Source: Raillietiella orientalis
Taxonomy: Eukaryota
Direction: 5' to 3'
Length of the DNA stretch: 64,000 bases
NCBI GenBank assembly: GCA_036172245.1
Contig: JAYWIR010000002.1
Span: 4,836,001-4,900,000 of the forward strand
Made by a program: the position numbers and the translations under genes. The first letter of the stretch is position 1; each line of letters begins with the position of its first letter. Below, in pieces: positions 51,521 through 63,979 of the stretch. Below the pieces are notes generated by a model. That model saw nothing but the letters and a program-made list of their open reading frames with translations. It did not search any database and was not told the DNA's origin.

Positions 51521-54500
51521 AGCCAAATGGCTGAGAAGGGATAAGAAGAAAGCAAAAAAGAGAGTAGGAAGAGAGCACACGAGATTCCGGTTTCGCCTCA
51601 GGATTTCGGCTACCGGGACGGAAGAATGCACGGCTGTTCCTCCTTTTGTCTTTAGCAAGGGCGTTCCACGGACGCCGGACCGTGCCGGGCCCTGCTTGCG
51701 TTCGCCGTGAAGGGCCAGAAGCGAGCGAAATCCTGCATGTTTCCCCCTAAACTGTTGTCTCTCCCTCTGAACTGCTATCTCCCTTGGCTTCCATGCTGCA
51801 ACCTCTGCCAGGAGTGCCAATCGCTCTTTTCTTACTGCTGCCTCTGCTTTCCTACACGCTCCCAATCCCGTACTCAGTTCCTGCTTGCAAAGATTGCGTT
51901 GTCGTCTCTGGTCCCTTGCCTGGGTTTCTCCCATTCTGGTTGGCGAAGGAAACTCGCGTGGGTGCGTGGGGAAGGGCGTGGGGGAACCGACTCTCGCGCA
52001 CATGTTCCGAGGGACTGTGCTGTGAGCTCGACACGAGTTTCCTGGACTGCAATTAGCGTGTGCGCTCGCAAGTTTTTTTTTTGGGGGGGGGGAGTCTGCC
52101 TGCTGTACAAAGTAATTTAGAAGCTATTTGTCATACAGATAGACCCACAAGAGCCACGTAGACAAAAATGGTACCGGAATGAAACGCCTCTTTAGTGCAT
52201 TGATTTCCACATAATCTCAAGACTCTCGAGGCTTCCTGGAGGACAAAAAGGGAGGGAATCGTCCTGATGCTGCATATAGCTGAAAGCCGGTTCTTCTTTT
52301 CAAGCACTCGCCCGTACGATCTGCGTGCTAATTGGTACAGATAGTATCAATTTTTGAAATCTACGATTTTCCAGGAACAGCAAAGACCATCTCCAAGTAC
52401 TGAAGCATTGGAGATAAGCTAAGGGTTCAACGGAGTGAAAGATTGATATGAAAACAATGTCTCGGATGCTCTCAGGAATGAAAATCGATGAAATGGAGAG
52501 GATATCAAACAACGCGGCATTCCGAAAATCATTGCAGGTGATGATGGGTCTCTGGATCAAAAACCTGAGAGGACCAGAGATGTCTAGCTCAGTTGGGATT
52601 CCAAAAACTGCGCAATAATTTCCGATAAATACCGAATTCATTAGCCAACAGCTCTCTTTGGAATGGTTGCTCTCTGTTCACCTGAACACCTGCACAGGGA
52701 ACGATTGCTATCCCATGCTTGATTCTTTATAATGAGCTTATTAACACAATCATGATCACAACCATTATTAATCAATTTTCGACCTAAACTTTCTCCCTGT
52801 GGCCTTCTACGCCCCAACTCATTTCGCTCGAGAATGCCATTGAATTTCTCTTCCTTCTGGAATCAAGTTTCCACGTTACCTTCAGAGGGTCTTGGCCCGA
52901 CAGGGACCAACTCTTTCGCACGTTTTCGTCTCCTGAAAGCAAATTTACTGTCCGCAGTAAAGTTTCTGTAGCGATTTTATTACTGCAGTTTCCCAGCCCC
53001 GTCGGCATTTATTTGTCCTCTTCCGTTGCGTCCGCCGAGTTGGCAGCCCTGCTCTCGCTGGCCGCCGGGCTCTCCGATTCAAAGTCGCGCCACTCCGAAA
53101 ACAAAACAACAATGGGAACGCGTCGCCCTCGCGACGAGTTTGATTTACGCGGTTCCCGGCTCGTAAACGGACGATGCGGCACCGCGATAAGCACGCGATG
53201 CTCATTCCGCTTCCTGCAATCGATAAAGTTTTGCGGTAACCGAGTAACGTGGGGTGCGGAGATACCTGTTTGCACAGATAGCCCGACGACACAAAAAGCG
53301 AAAGCAAAAAAGAAAGAAGAGTAAGAAGGAAACAAGATTAGGGTCCTTCCTTCCTTCCTTCCTCGGAAGAGAGATCGGGGAGCGAAAGGTGCCGTCCGCG
53401 GCCGGCCGACAAAACTTCGCTTTCCAGCATCCTCCTTCATCCGCTGGACAGTAGCTTATAAAAAAAAAACGTCTTTCCGCGTGTGACGCATCCTGAAGCA
53501 CACACACACATACGCATTTCTCGAATGCTTCTGGCCATCGCCACTCTACGAACTTGTCGCTGACCAACATCCGAACGCACGCTGGGCGCTCGCAGAGGGA
53601 GGGAGGGGGAACCGTCGCAGTGGGACGCCGGGACAGCCGCCGCCATCCCGCCCTCGTCTCACTCGGAGTTCCACAGGAGCCCCCTACCCCGTTGGCAAAG
53701 CGGTGGTCCGCACCGACCGGCGGCCACGAGCTCTCCGGGAGAGGAAGCCCTCCAGCTTCTGAGGGCTGTATCCCGCTGAGGCGCCGCGGGGAGCATTGTC
53801 TTCGGTGGGCTCGCTCTTGACCTTGTTTCGGGGCTGCCGCAGGTTCGCCTCTGTCCGGAAGATCGACTGGCCGATTTGGACCGGAGGAAGCAAAACGAAA
53901 GGCGCTCGGGGAGGAGCGCTGTTTGCCCCCGCAGTGGCCCCTCTTACGGAGGAGAAGGCAACCAGGAGACCGAGAGCTATGTGCTTTTCCTCTGTCCGGC
54001 GGCAAGTCGGGTGCGATGTCCGATCCGGGAGAATTCCCGAGGGGGTTCGGGAAAACGGTGGTTTCCAGGCACCCAGTACAGCGGGCTCCGCAGCGAGAGG
54101 GCGAAAGCTGCTCAGTGAAGGAGGCTGCGGGAGGATGGAAGCATCTCAACAGGAGGAACCTCCGAATCTCCCCCTCCTTGGAGCAGGTGGGGTCAGCGGC
54201 AGGGAGAGGGAAGGTAGGAAGTGGCTCTTCCAGAACAGACTCCGCGTCACCCTATGAGGTCACCACGTCCAAATGCGGTCGTCCTCAGTGCGCTTCTCAT
54301 TGTTTCCTCCAGGTGGCAGGCGGGAGGGGGCAGCTCCCCCAGAAAAGGTGCTGTGGATCATGTAGGAGCGGGTGACCTGAACGGTGGGAGACTGAGGGCT
54401 GCAACCCACTCTCGAGTCGGGGGTGGCCCCGCGGCGACTGCGAAAGACGCAGGGGAAGGGGAAGAGGATGCCGGAAGAAGAAGGAGGGGAGGGAGGGGGG

Positions 54501-55739
54501 AAGAACGTCAAGAAGGTCCGAGAGCCTTTTTTCAAAAACAAGATGATCATCGAGATGAAGGCGCCTTTCTCAGATGCCACCTGCCGGCATTCTCTTCCAG
54601 GGGGAAGAGGAGACATTTAACCTCTCTGACTCACCCCCACCTACGCATCCTTCCAAGACCACCGTGACCCCCTCACGTTCACCTTGGAAGGGGAAGCCCA
54701 GCAGTTCCCGTAGGCCCAAAAAGGAGTCTCGCGTCTCTGCATCAGAGGAGAAATGGCGCACGTGCCCTCGAACTGGACTTGCCGGACGTGCCACGCCCTG
54801 GATGAGAAGACAGAGATGGCAATGCGGCGGAGCTGCATCAGCAGCACCTAGGAGGAGAAGCGCGTGAGACTCTGCCTCCTCACGAGCCGAACCGTCGAGT
54901 GGTTCTCGCCGTGGGAGGCTCGCACAGCGTGGAGCAAGGGGAGGGAGGCAGCAGCGCACGCATCTCCAGCGCCTCAGCAGCAGATCCGGGAAGAGAAAAG
55001 CGCATCCCTTTGGGAGTGGTAGGTAGCAGCAGTAGCAGCTCCTCCTCGGGGAAGCCACACAACTCGTGCTGCTTCCTCCCTTTCCAGGAAGGGGAAGGGG
55101 GAGGATCGGGAACGAGGAAAGACGGGACAGGAGGTTTGGAAGGGAAGGGAAGGAGAGAGTCCACCCCCACCCCTGGGCATCTCCTGTTCGGATATGGCCC
55201 CGACGGAGAGGAAGAAGATTCACCGAATGAAGCTGTCGCTGTTCTTGCGGTTCATCGGCTCAGGGCTTTTCTTTTCCGCGCGCATTGCTGCGTGAGTGGG
55301 AACGAAAAAGGGAGAGAGGGGAATCGGAGGGAAGGGGGGGAAATACAACTGATGGCGGCAGCAGCACGTCCTTCGACTGCGCGGCTCTCCATGCGCCGCC
55401 CAGGAGCGGGGCGAGACGCAGAGAACGGGCCGAACGCGTTCCTCAGCCCCGGGAGCGCTCCGCGCGCGGGATTGAGGCGCGGTCCCTCCCGTTTGCCTCT
55501 GGCTTTGGAGACGGCACCTATCTCCCGGAAGACGATCCATGGTCGGACGGCTCTCTCCCGGAGAGAAGGGGGCGCGCCACGCGCGCGTGAACCCACGGGG
55601 GAGGTTCTGCCCGCCGTCCTTCCTCTGGTGCAAAAGGGGTGCCCCGCGGAGCGCGCGCACGGCTCTCCTGCGCGCGCAGTTCACGGGCGCTCCGCCCCTG
55701 TTCCGTGGACCCGCCAGTAGCGGGTGGGTGGCACATAGC

Positions 55740-56130
55740 CCTCTTCAGAGGCCATGTAGTTACGATCTCCGCGTGTGCCACCCGGCGTCTCAGGTTCGAA
55801 TACTCGGCAAGAATCGACGCCGAGAGTTTATGCGCGTCGTGGGTTGCGTCCCTTCAGAGTTCCCTTCAGAGGAGCGGTTCCCTTGTGGGTTCCCTCCGTA
55901 GAAGAAATTCTTGAAAGGGGGTCCTTTCCGGACTCCCTTCGGAGAAGAAAACATGGAGCGGGTCCCTTCGGGGATCCTCTGGAGAGAATAAGGAAGGAGA
56001 TTCCCTGCGGGTTTTCCCTTCGGAGACAACCAGGGTTGGGAGGTTCCTTTCGGGGATCCCTCCCCATAGCGTGAGAGGTGGTCCCCTCCCGTAGCACTCC
56101 CTATCTTGAAGAATTACACGTACCTTCGGG
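55740..56130 (+). mobile_element. Family B copy 4 (internally deleted)
   Basis: GGTTCGAATAC at 55793-55803, then cccttcggaga subrepeats and cctctggagagaataagga matching copy 1. Confidence 0.55.
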
Positions 56131-56331
56131 TGGCGTGGAACAGTCTCAAGGAGATGCGTGGGCCATTAGGAGCGCGATGGTTCTTGAGGTACTCAGTGAA
56201 CCAAAAAAAAAAAAAAGCTGGAAGGAATAACAGCAAAGACAGAAAAGAACCCAAAAAGGATTTCCATCGTCTCTTTTTTCAAAAACAAGGTAGTCATCGA
56301 GATGAAAGCACCTTTCTCAGATGCCAGCGGG

Positions 56332-56470
56332 CAACCAGCGCCATCTTGCGGGGGGAACTCGAAACTCCCACGACGCCTCCCCCTGTTCTTGGAGTCGATC
56401 CTTACCTCCCTAGGCGGGATACGAACCCACAACTCCTGGTATCCTATGCGCAGAGGCCACAGTCTCGCGG
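56332..56470 (-). mobile_element. Family B head fragment, nearly identical to 59362-59485
   Basis: catcttgcggggggaactcgaaactcccacgac...ctgttcttggagtcgatcctt.cctccctaggcgggatacgaacccacaac.cctggtatcctatgcgc is shared with the 59.4 kb copy. Confidence 0.7.
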
Positions 56471-58839
56471 CCTCCAACCCTCCCCTTTCACCTCTGTCGC
56501 GTTTGTGGAGCTTCTTAGCCTGTGTGCTTTGAATGCGTCAGAGGCCCTCCCCCCTCTTCCCCCAAAGTCCTGGGACCGCGGGAGTGGTCGATCCGGAAGC
56601 AGCGCGCGACCTCACTTTTTCGCCGCCTGGACTGGCGGCGTCTGACCCCGGGCGCCTCCGACTCCGGCTCGGGGTGGCGGTGACCGAAGCCTTCCTCTCC
56701 CCCAAGAGGAGGTGGTGTTGAGGTGTGCAGTCCTGGGGAGGAAAACAGGGAAGAAAAGGGACGGATCCGAGCGGCGGGTCTCGCTGCTCGAAGGCGGCGG
56801 TTGCGATCCCGCCGCCTTTCTGCTGCGCCTTCCCTGCAAACGACCACGCGCCAGTGGGTCCTTCGGGAGGCTGCGCGCCGCTTCGTGAGCTTCTGCTCCC
56901 GCTGGCCGCAAGCACAGGTTCCGGGGTCCCCCCTCCCCCCCTTACTGCTGCCGCCGCTCGCCCGCCGCCTGCGCCCTCACTCTGCCGCGCCTCGCACTCG
57001 GGATGAGTGCGATGAAATACGATGGTTTCTTTGTGAAAGAGACGATGGAAATCCTTTTTGTGTTCTTTTCTGTCTTCGCTGTTTGGGATCCCCAAATAGC
57101 CTTCCCGTCTGACCCTTCTATATCCCCACATATGATAGGGGGGGGGGGTGCCACAGAGAGGGCAGAGGAGGCTTCAGCAGGGGCAGAAGCTGATGATGGC
57201 CTGCCACATGCCAGCGTGCGCGGCTGCGTCTCCTCCAAGCCTAGCAAATCCTTCCTTGTTTCCCCACCCCACCCTGCCTTTCCTTCCCGGAAGGCACGAA
57301 CCTTGCTTCAGAAGGTTCCCGCTTCCTGCCTCCCCGAGACCCACCATGTTTGCTGCTGCCGGGCTCTGCTTCCCTCTGGAGCTGCATCTTGCAGTTTCTG
57401 GACAAATTCGCCTCGCGGAGAGCGTCCCATCCTCCCCTCGATTCATTTCCCGGGTCCTTCACCTGCGACCGGGTGCGGCACTCCTTCCGAAACGCCCCGT
57501 CGGAGCGGAAGCGGCGGCACCCTCTCGAGCGCCAAGGATGCTGTGGGTCTATCCGAAGGGGCCTCGTCGGCAAGGTTGGGTTCGGAGACGCCTCTCTCTT
57601 TGGGATCCCCAAATAGCCTTCCTGTTCCGTCATCCCCGGAGGGATGGGGGAGGAGTTTCAGGCGACCATCGCGGAAAGCCGAGGGGAGCATCCCAGACCC
57701 GGCGCCCTGCTCGGCGGGCGCTTCCCGAGCCGCTCGCAGGGCTGATTCCCCGCGGTCTTCGCCGTTTCGGGGCCGCTCCCGGAAGCGCTCCCCGGCCCAT
57801 CGCTGCGTTTCTACCGAGAGCGGAGCCCGACAAGAAGCTGAGAGCTTTTCTCTTGGGAAGTGGAGAGGGGGGCTTCTCTGAGCCTGTCTAAGCTACCGAT
57901 CGCTCCCCACGTCCTCGTCGCCCGCTCCTGCATACAGGGCTCCTGCGCGGCACCCTTTCTGGGTGAGCCGCCCTTTCCCGCCTGCCATCTGATGGAGCCG
58001 AGAAGATGCTCCTAAGGAGCTTCTGCCTATGCCTATGCCGAACGGCAGGGCCCATGCCCGTGCGCACAAGAGGGGGGGGAAGCGTCCACCTGGCCCTCCC
58101 GAGGAGACGCCGCGCCTCTTTTAGGAAGTCCACTCCCTCCATGCCCATCCACCCTCCCCTTTCGAACCCGACGGGTTTCCGGCGCTGCTTTTTCGTCATG
58201 ATGCGCTTATTTGCCGACCATCCGCTCCCTAGGGTCCCACTCTTCCATGAATGTATGCGTGCCGGCGCGAGCAAGAGGATGTTCCCATCCTCCTCCGTTG
58301 CCGCGATATGAAGCGAAAGGTGATCCTCCCCACCCTCCCGGCTTCCGTCTCACGAACGGCAGGAGTCCGCTCTCCCCGCGGCTGACCGGGAGACGTCCGA
58401 AATGAATAGTCGGAGGCCCCCCCAGATCGATTCCGTGCCAAACTCCCTTTCACAACCCTTCCCCCCTTTCCATCATCTGCGGGGATATAGAAGGGGCAGA
58501 CGGAAATTCCCCCCGCTGTTTGCGAAGCCGCCACATAGATGGCTCTGCAATGATTCGGAACGGAAGTCTCCGGAGTGTGGGAGGCATCGTTCGCTGCTGC
58601 ACCTTCCTCTTCTGCCCTTCGAGAGCCTCCGGGTCGAGTGCAGTGACCACCACCCTCTCCTCCTCCCGCGAAAGACGCGCGGGAACCCTCCGGCGAATGC
58701 GGATGAGATCGGTGCTCCAACTCGTGTAGGACGAACGGATGGACGCGGAGGTCTCCCTCGCCAGCAGGAAGAGCTTAACCGAGAGGTCTTCCCCGCTCTC
58801 GATGTGCTCTGCAGGTGCTCAGGAACCGTTCGCTTGGGG

Positions 58840-59510
58840 GCTCACGAAGCTTTTCAAGCACCGTCCGCGCCACCCAAGGGTGCGTGTCAACTCGTTTTCG
58901 AGTTACAGGGGGTACCCCGGGAGGAGACTGCCCTTTGAGTCCGGGGAGGGATCCGACGAAGGAGTCCTTTCCTCCTACTCTCAGGAGGGAAGGAATCCCT
59001 TCGGGAACCTCCTCTTCCTTGTTCTCTCCGGAGGGAGACTCCCCGGAAAGGATCCGCTCCCTGTTTTCTCCTCCCATGAAGAGGGACGCAGCCCGGAGGG
59101 ACGCTTCCCGTTTTCTTTGAAGGTCATCTCCCCGAAGGGAGCAGCGCGCCTCTTCTTAACACCCTGGGAAGGCGACCCCCAGGGGAGGCATCAACCAGCT
59201 CCATGGTGCAGCTCCCTTTTCGCAACCGGGAGACAGGGGGAAACCACGAAGGGTTCCTCGATTTCCGGAAGGACCCCAGAGAGTCGACTTCCAGTCCCGG
59301 AAGCGAGTCAAAGGGATCATCCGGAGGTTTCCGGCTTTCAGCGGTGCCGCACCTGAACGGACCAACCAGCGTCATCTTGCGGGGGGAACTCGAAACTCCC
59401 ACGACCTGTTCTTGGAGTCGATCCTTCCCTCCCTAGGCGGGATACGAACCCACAACGCCTGGTATCCTATGCGCGGAGGCCGCAGCCACGCAGCCACCAA
59501 CACCGGTTCC
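58840..59510 (-). mobile_element. Family B copy 3
   Basis: B-box-like GGTTCGTATCC (59450-59440), caagatgacgctggttggtc, ggaagtcgac, cagggagcggatcctttcc, ccctccggagaga and gttgacacgcacccttgggtg. Confidence 0.65.
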
Positions 59511-62500
59511 CGATTGGTTCTTTCGGATTCTTTCTATGGAAATTTCTCCCAGAGCACCGAATCTGCTTGTGGATCCAATCGATATTTCCTCCAGTGGTGT
59601 TTTCTCAGCAACGAAGCAGCAGCTATCAAGGGGAGAGAGAGGGGAAAGTGGAAGTGAATGCCCAGGAGGAAGACCTTCTTCTCGGATCTGCCACCCGGAT
59701 GTCCCTAGCCCTCCTCCTCATGAAGCTGGAAGTGTCCGAGGAGCAAAGAAACGACCAACGAGTCGCCGAATCCATCTGATTTGCTGCGGCTTGCAGTTTG
59801 CACTGATGAGCTTGAAATCGACCTGCTTCGAAGGTCTGTACCGTTCGCGGTCCTTCCAAGACCACGGACAGCTTGTCAGCGTAATCAGTCTCCTGGGGAT
59901 GTTGCGAACTAGAGCAGTCGGTGGAGTGATCCTGCGTGCCATCTTAAAACTGCTTCCAACGGAGGATGGCATGAAATGGCATGCAAAGAAACCACCCTCC
60001 TCCTCCCGCTTGCATCTCCGAGAGCACGGCGGTCGTGAGGAAAGCGCGAGTTCGTTGAGGAATCCTTTGTTTTTTGTGTGTTCCCAAGGGGCAAGAGGCC
60101 GGGCAGCTGCCGAAGGGAAAGCTCAGCTGTCTACTTATTGGCATTTCCTCGGAGTGTCGTGTAGCTCGAAGGTTGTGGCGCGCCACGTCCAACTTGAGGG
60201 ACACCTCCCCCGCCTCCGTGGTGGACCCATGAGCTTGCGCTCGAGATTTTCGTCCAACAGGTCCAGGAACTCAGAGGTGGTCAGGTAGTCGTCTCTGACG
60301 ATGCCGCTGGTGTCCTTCGTGCAGAGCAAGAGATGGTATCAGCAAAACGTGCTAACAATCCCGATCTTCCTGCTGCCATCTGTTTTCCGGAGCAAATGAA
60401 ACTGGAACTGATCTGCCCAGGTCTCAACGCATCAACCTCACAGAACTTTGACGGTGATGAGTTGCATCGCTTCGATCACTCATGGCCTCCTATTCGTACA
60501 AGAAGCTCACGAAAGCTGCAAAGCGTCACCGAATATTTCACGTCGGTAAGGGTGGAGTGAGCAATACATCTGCAAACAAATCAATCTCTGGTAAGAGTTG
60601 CAAACGACTTCTCGTTTCCAAACAAAGACGAACGAAAGTTTCACAAGCATACCCTCGTTCCTATTCGAGATCGCGAAATTGATACCTGAAAAAATTGGGG
60701 AAGCGAAAAATCCCCATTTGAAGTGTTTGGGTTCCTTTTCCAATAAGCATCCTGAGAAACTCTCAACTGCAAGAATATGAACAAGCTTGAAAAAAAGAAT
60801 GAGAAACGAAAAGACAACTCCACACTCCATTTTCAACATCCTCCTATTCTGTATGTATGTATGGATGTATGTACATATACACAAATGTATCGTTCTGCAT
60901 AACAAAGAATTGAAAGTAGACCAGGAATAATGTAATGACTTAGACCGAGATCCCGATTATTTGGAGCAAACAGGGTATATAATTTACATTTCAGCTTTAT
61001 ATTTAAGACACAAGTCCCCTGAAAACAAAAAAAAATCAGTGGAAATGATTTGTGTAAAAGATCTAGCACAATTCATGAAGTAAAAACAAACTTGATGCTG
61101 AAAGCTGGTAATTGTGACTAACTATACAAAGGTCACTTTCTAAAATGCTCTTGAGTAAAAATAAACTGAACAGGATGTGAGGAATGATGAACCTGATTTT
61201 ATACGCATTATTATCTGTAAACGATGTAACCAAATGAGTGTTTCACAAAATTGTAACTGTCGGAAATTATCCCAATGCAAAACGGGAACTCTGAACTGCG
61301 TCCAAGTTGAATATTAGATGCATTTCTTAAAATATTCATCTTCATGTGTAATGTGTAACTACAGAATAAAGTCCTTGTTTACTTAATAAATATTTTCGGA
61401 TGGTTCAAGTGAATTCAAAATTGGACATCAGAAGGATTAGGGCTAGATGCCAGCAGCAATCATAACCCACACAACCTTCCCAACCAGAAGTCTTTAATCG
61501 CTGAGATGCAGTTTTCGTGTAGTTGTCCAGCTACAATTCGTCCAGTTCGTTTGTTTAAAGAGCATCTCTGTAAATAAAACTGCTTCAGTACAGTTCAGTT
61601 TGTTCAATGTGTTTGCCGTGCTTGAACTACACTGGTAACACTGCAAGGGTTACTTCTAAACAATTACCTTGCGCGTGTTGGACCACTCGATTCTTTCAAG
61701 CTGTTGTCACTGTGCACGAAACAGAACGACTATTTGACACTACATCAGAAAGGAAGCACCTCAGCCAGACAACACGATTTTTCATTGAAAACTGGACTTT
61801 CCCCACCCCCACCCCCTTCATCAAATTACCATCCTGTTGCTGATCGCTCTTTTTTCATTTTTCGTTTTCTTGAAACGATTCAGTAAGCAACTCCCTAGAC
61901 ATGCCCAACTCTATATAGTTGATACATACAAAGGGCACCACAATCTTGAAAACTCTTCGGATACCCTAAAATTACATCAAATTTTTCGATACGGTTTTTA
62001 CCCTCCATCGAATGCTTTAATAGGTAAAAGAATTTCGTTGGTGTTAATGTGTTCTCGTGTTTTGTATGTATTCTGGTATGTACTTTTTCAGATGGTGGCT
62101 GAGGGATAAAATTAGCGTTGTTCCAACTCTTTATCACGACTGACATTCGTTAGTGTTCAAATTACAAGACCAAACACAAGACAGATGAAGTGAGTATGTG
62201 AGTTGGCCTTCGATGGGAATGCGTCATTTGCTGACATTTACTGTTGAAACAAGTTTTTCAGTTTCTCGCCGGCTCTTTGTTCAGAACTCTAAAGTTCATA
62301 TTTGTAACTTTTATGTTGAGAATAGGCTTGATTTTTGCGGACACTTTCGAAGGTTCCTCTTGAAGAATACCATTTTGCAATAGAGTTTTTCCTTGCATTG
62401 ATTCCCTTGTCTTCTCAAATTCCCATGAGGAAATGTTCTAGTACATTCGAGTTGCATATAACCATTTTTTGCAGTAGGTCTGAAGTTTGGTATAAAGATC

Positions 62501-63471
62501 CAATTCTAGGAAGAGCACTAATTCCCCAGGCAAATCGCTCTAACTCAGAAAGTGTAGTATATGCTAAGCATTTTTCATTACTGTTTGTACTATTTGCCAC
62601 ACTGGGAGAAAACTTTGTTTCATATTTTCGCATAACCTTCATTTTTCAAAAACAAGCAGAAACAGCTCCAATGGTTCCTCTTCAGATGATGATGCTTAAA
62701 CCTGCAATTATGGTGATCGAAAATGATAAAACAGGTATTATGAAAGTCTAAAAAAGGAGGGCCATTTTAATGTCATTTGCAAATGCACATGGATGACGAT
62801 GTCTGAATTTCGGAAGTAATATGCTACTGCACTTATCCCTGATTCTAGACATGTTGGCATTACATAATGCGATAAAACCTCAAGCTGGCCTTCTCACGTT
62901 TTTGGGTTCTGGATGAACTTACATAATGTTGGGGAAAATTCGCTTGCTTGAGGATTTGTGGTGCTAAGAAATCTCTCTTGCACACGAATCTCCGAAAACA
63001 TTGAATGAGGAGGGGGCAGGAATGTACCATAGATCCTTCCTATTTTTCTAAAGTTCTCTAGACTTTATTACGAAAACCATATATTATCCATCCAAACCAA
63101 ATCGAAATCATACCAAGTAATACAAACACAAATATTGCTTCTATTCCTATTGGCTGTGATTGATTACCAAGAAAGCAGTAGCTTACACCAAACATAAAAG
63201 TATAGATGCTGTAACAAGTTTTTTTCCTAAGTTTAACCATTGGCATATTATTTACTGAAGCCATAAAGTTTGATATACCTGCTGTTGCAGTATGTAATCT
63301 TCAATACTGATCACATTCCACATCCCATTTCAGATTTTTTTCTGTACCCAATTGTTTAATATACTTATGATGAATTAAAAAATATTTTGGAAAACAATCG
63401 TAGTTGAAAATATATTTTTCTATTAATCCTGTATATGATAAAAACATGTCTGCTATTCGGTGTTGGAAAGT

Positions 63472-63537
63472 TCATTTTACACATGATGGCCAAGATGCCC
63501 CACCACATGCAATAGCTCCAATAATGTATATAACCAA
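63472..63537 (-). CDS. VAMP7: VAMP7-like R-SNARE terminal coding exon
   Basis: gaattttAG|LVIYIIGAIACGGASWPSCVK-stop (TGA at 63474-63472). The CGG..WPSCVK lumenal tail is diagnostic of VAMP7/TI-VAMP. Confidence 0.93.
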   Translation of the reverse strand: MVIYIIGAIACGGASWPSCVK

Positions 63538-63586
63538 CTAAAATTCACATAATGAAACTTAAAATATCAAACATCTCTTAACTTAC

Positions 63587-63679
63587 AGCAACAACAACAA
63601 ATAAGAATACCATTACTCTAACATTCTTCCACCAGAATGATCGAGCCAAATTCCTACTTGTTACTCGGAATGTCATTGA
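63587..63679 (-). CDS. VAMP7: VAMP7-like R-SNARE exon (93 nt), juxtamembrane region and start of TM helix
   Basis: tttggttAG|SMTFRVTSRNLARSFWWKNVRVMVFLFVVVA|GTAAGT. TF..TSRNLAR...KN is characteristic of VAMP7. Confidence 0.93.
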
Positions 63680-63717
63680 CTAACCAAAATTTAGTCATTT
63701 CTCAATATTCTACTTAC

Positions 63718-63785
63718 ACTGCTTTCTAAATCTTGTGTTTTGTTGACTAGGAGCTCCAATTTTTCCCCACGGCACATCAGGCTAT
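63718..63785 (-). CDS. VAMP7: VAMP7-like R-SNARE exon (68 nt) with the zero-layer arginine
   Basis: tatgtAG|(D)SLMCRGEKLELLVNKTQDLESS|GTAAGT. RGEKLE is the R-SNARE ionic-layer motif. Confidence 0.93.
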
Positions 63786-63832
63786 CTACATAAGTATTAT
63801 TAAGTATGTTTGTTTCAATACAACTAATGTAC

Positions 63833-63923
63833 CGATATTTTTCACCATAATATCTGTGAGCTCATCCAATTCATCCTGTGCACGACTTAATGCACTTGAA
63901 TGCTGATCTTCAGAATAATATTT
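63833..63923 (-). CDS. VAMP7: VAMP7-like R-SNARE exon (91 nt), start of SNARE coiled coil
   Basis: tttgtattAG|KYYSEDQHSSALSRAQDELDELTDIMVKNI+G|GTacat. Matches the synaptobrevin motif (Q..VDEL..IMV.NID). Confidence 0.92.
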
Positions 63924-63979
63924 CTAATACAAATATAAAAGATAGAAACAAACAATGAGGTTAATTCAAGCATATTCAC

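Noticed and set aside
59803..59840. Hammerhead ribozyme core (CTGATGA-gctt-GAAA)
   Set aside because: No stem II, and no properly placed UH cleavage site or stem I partner after the possible stem III.
62335..63264. Hydrophobic ORFs 62335..62751(+) and 63058..63264(-) as membrane proteins
   Set aside because: AT-rich sequence gives hydrophobic translations by chance; no family motif or consistent exon chain found.
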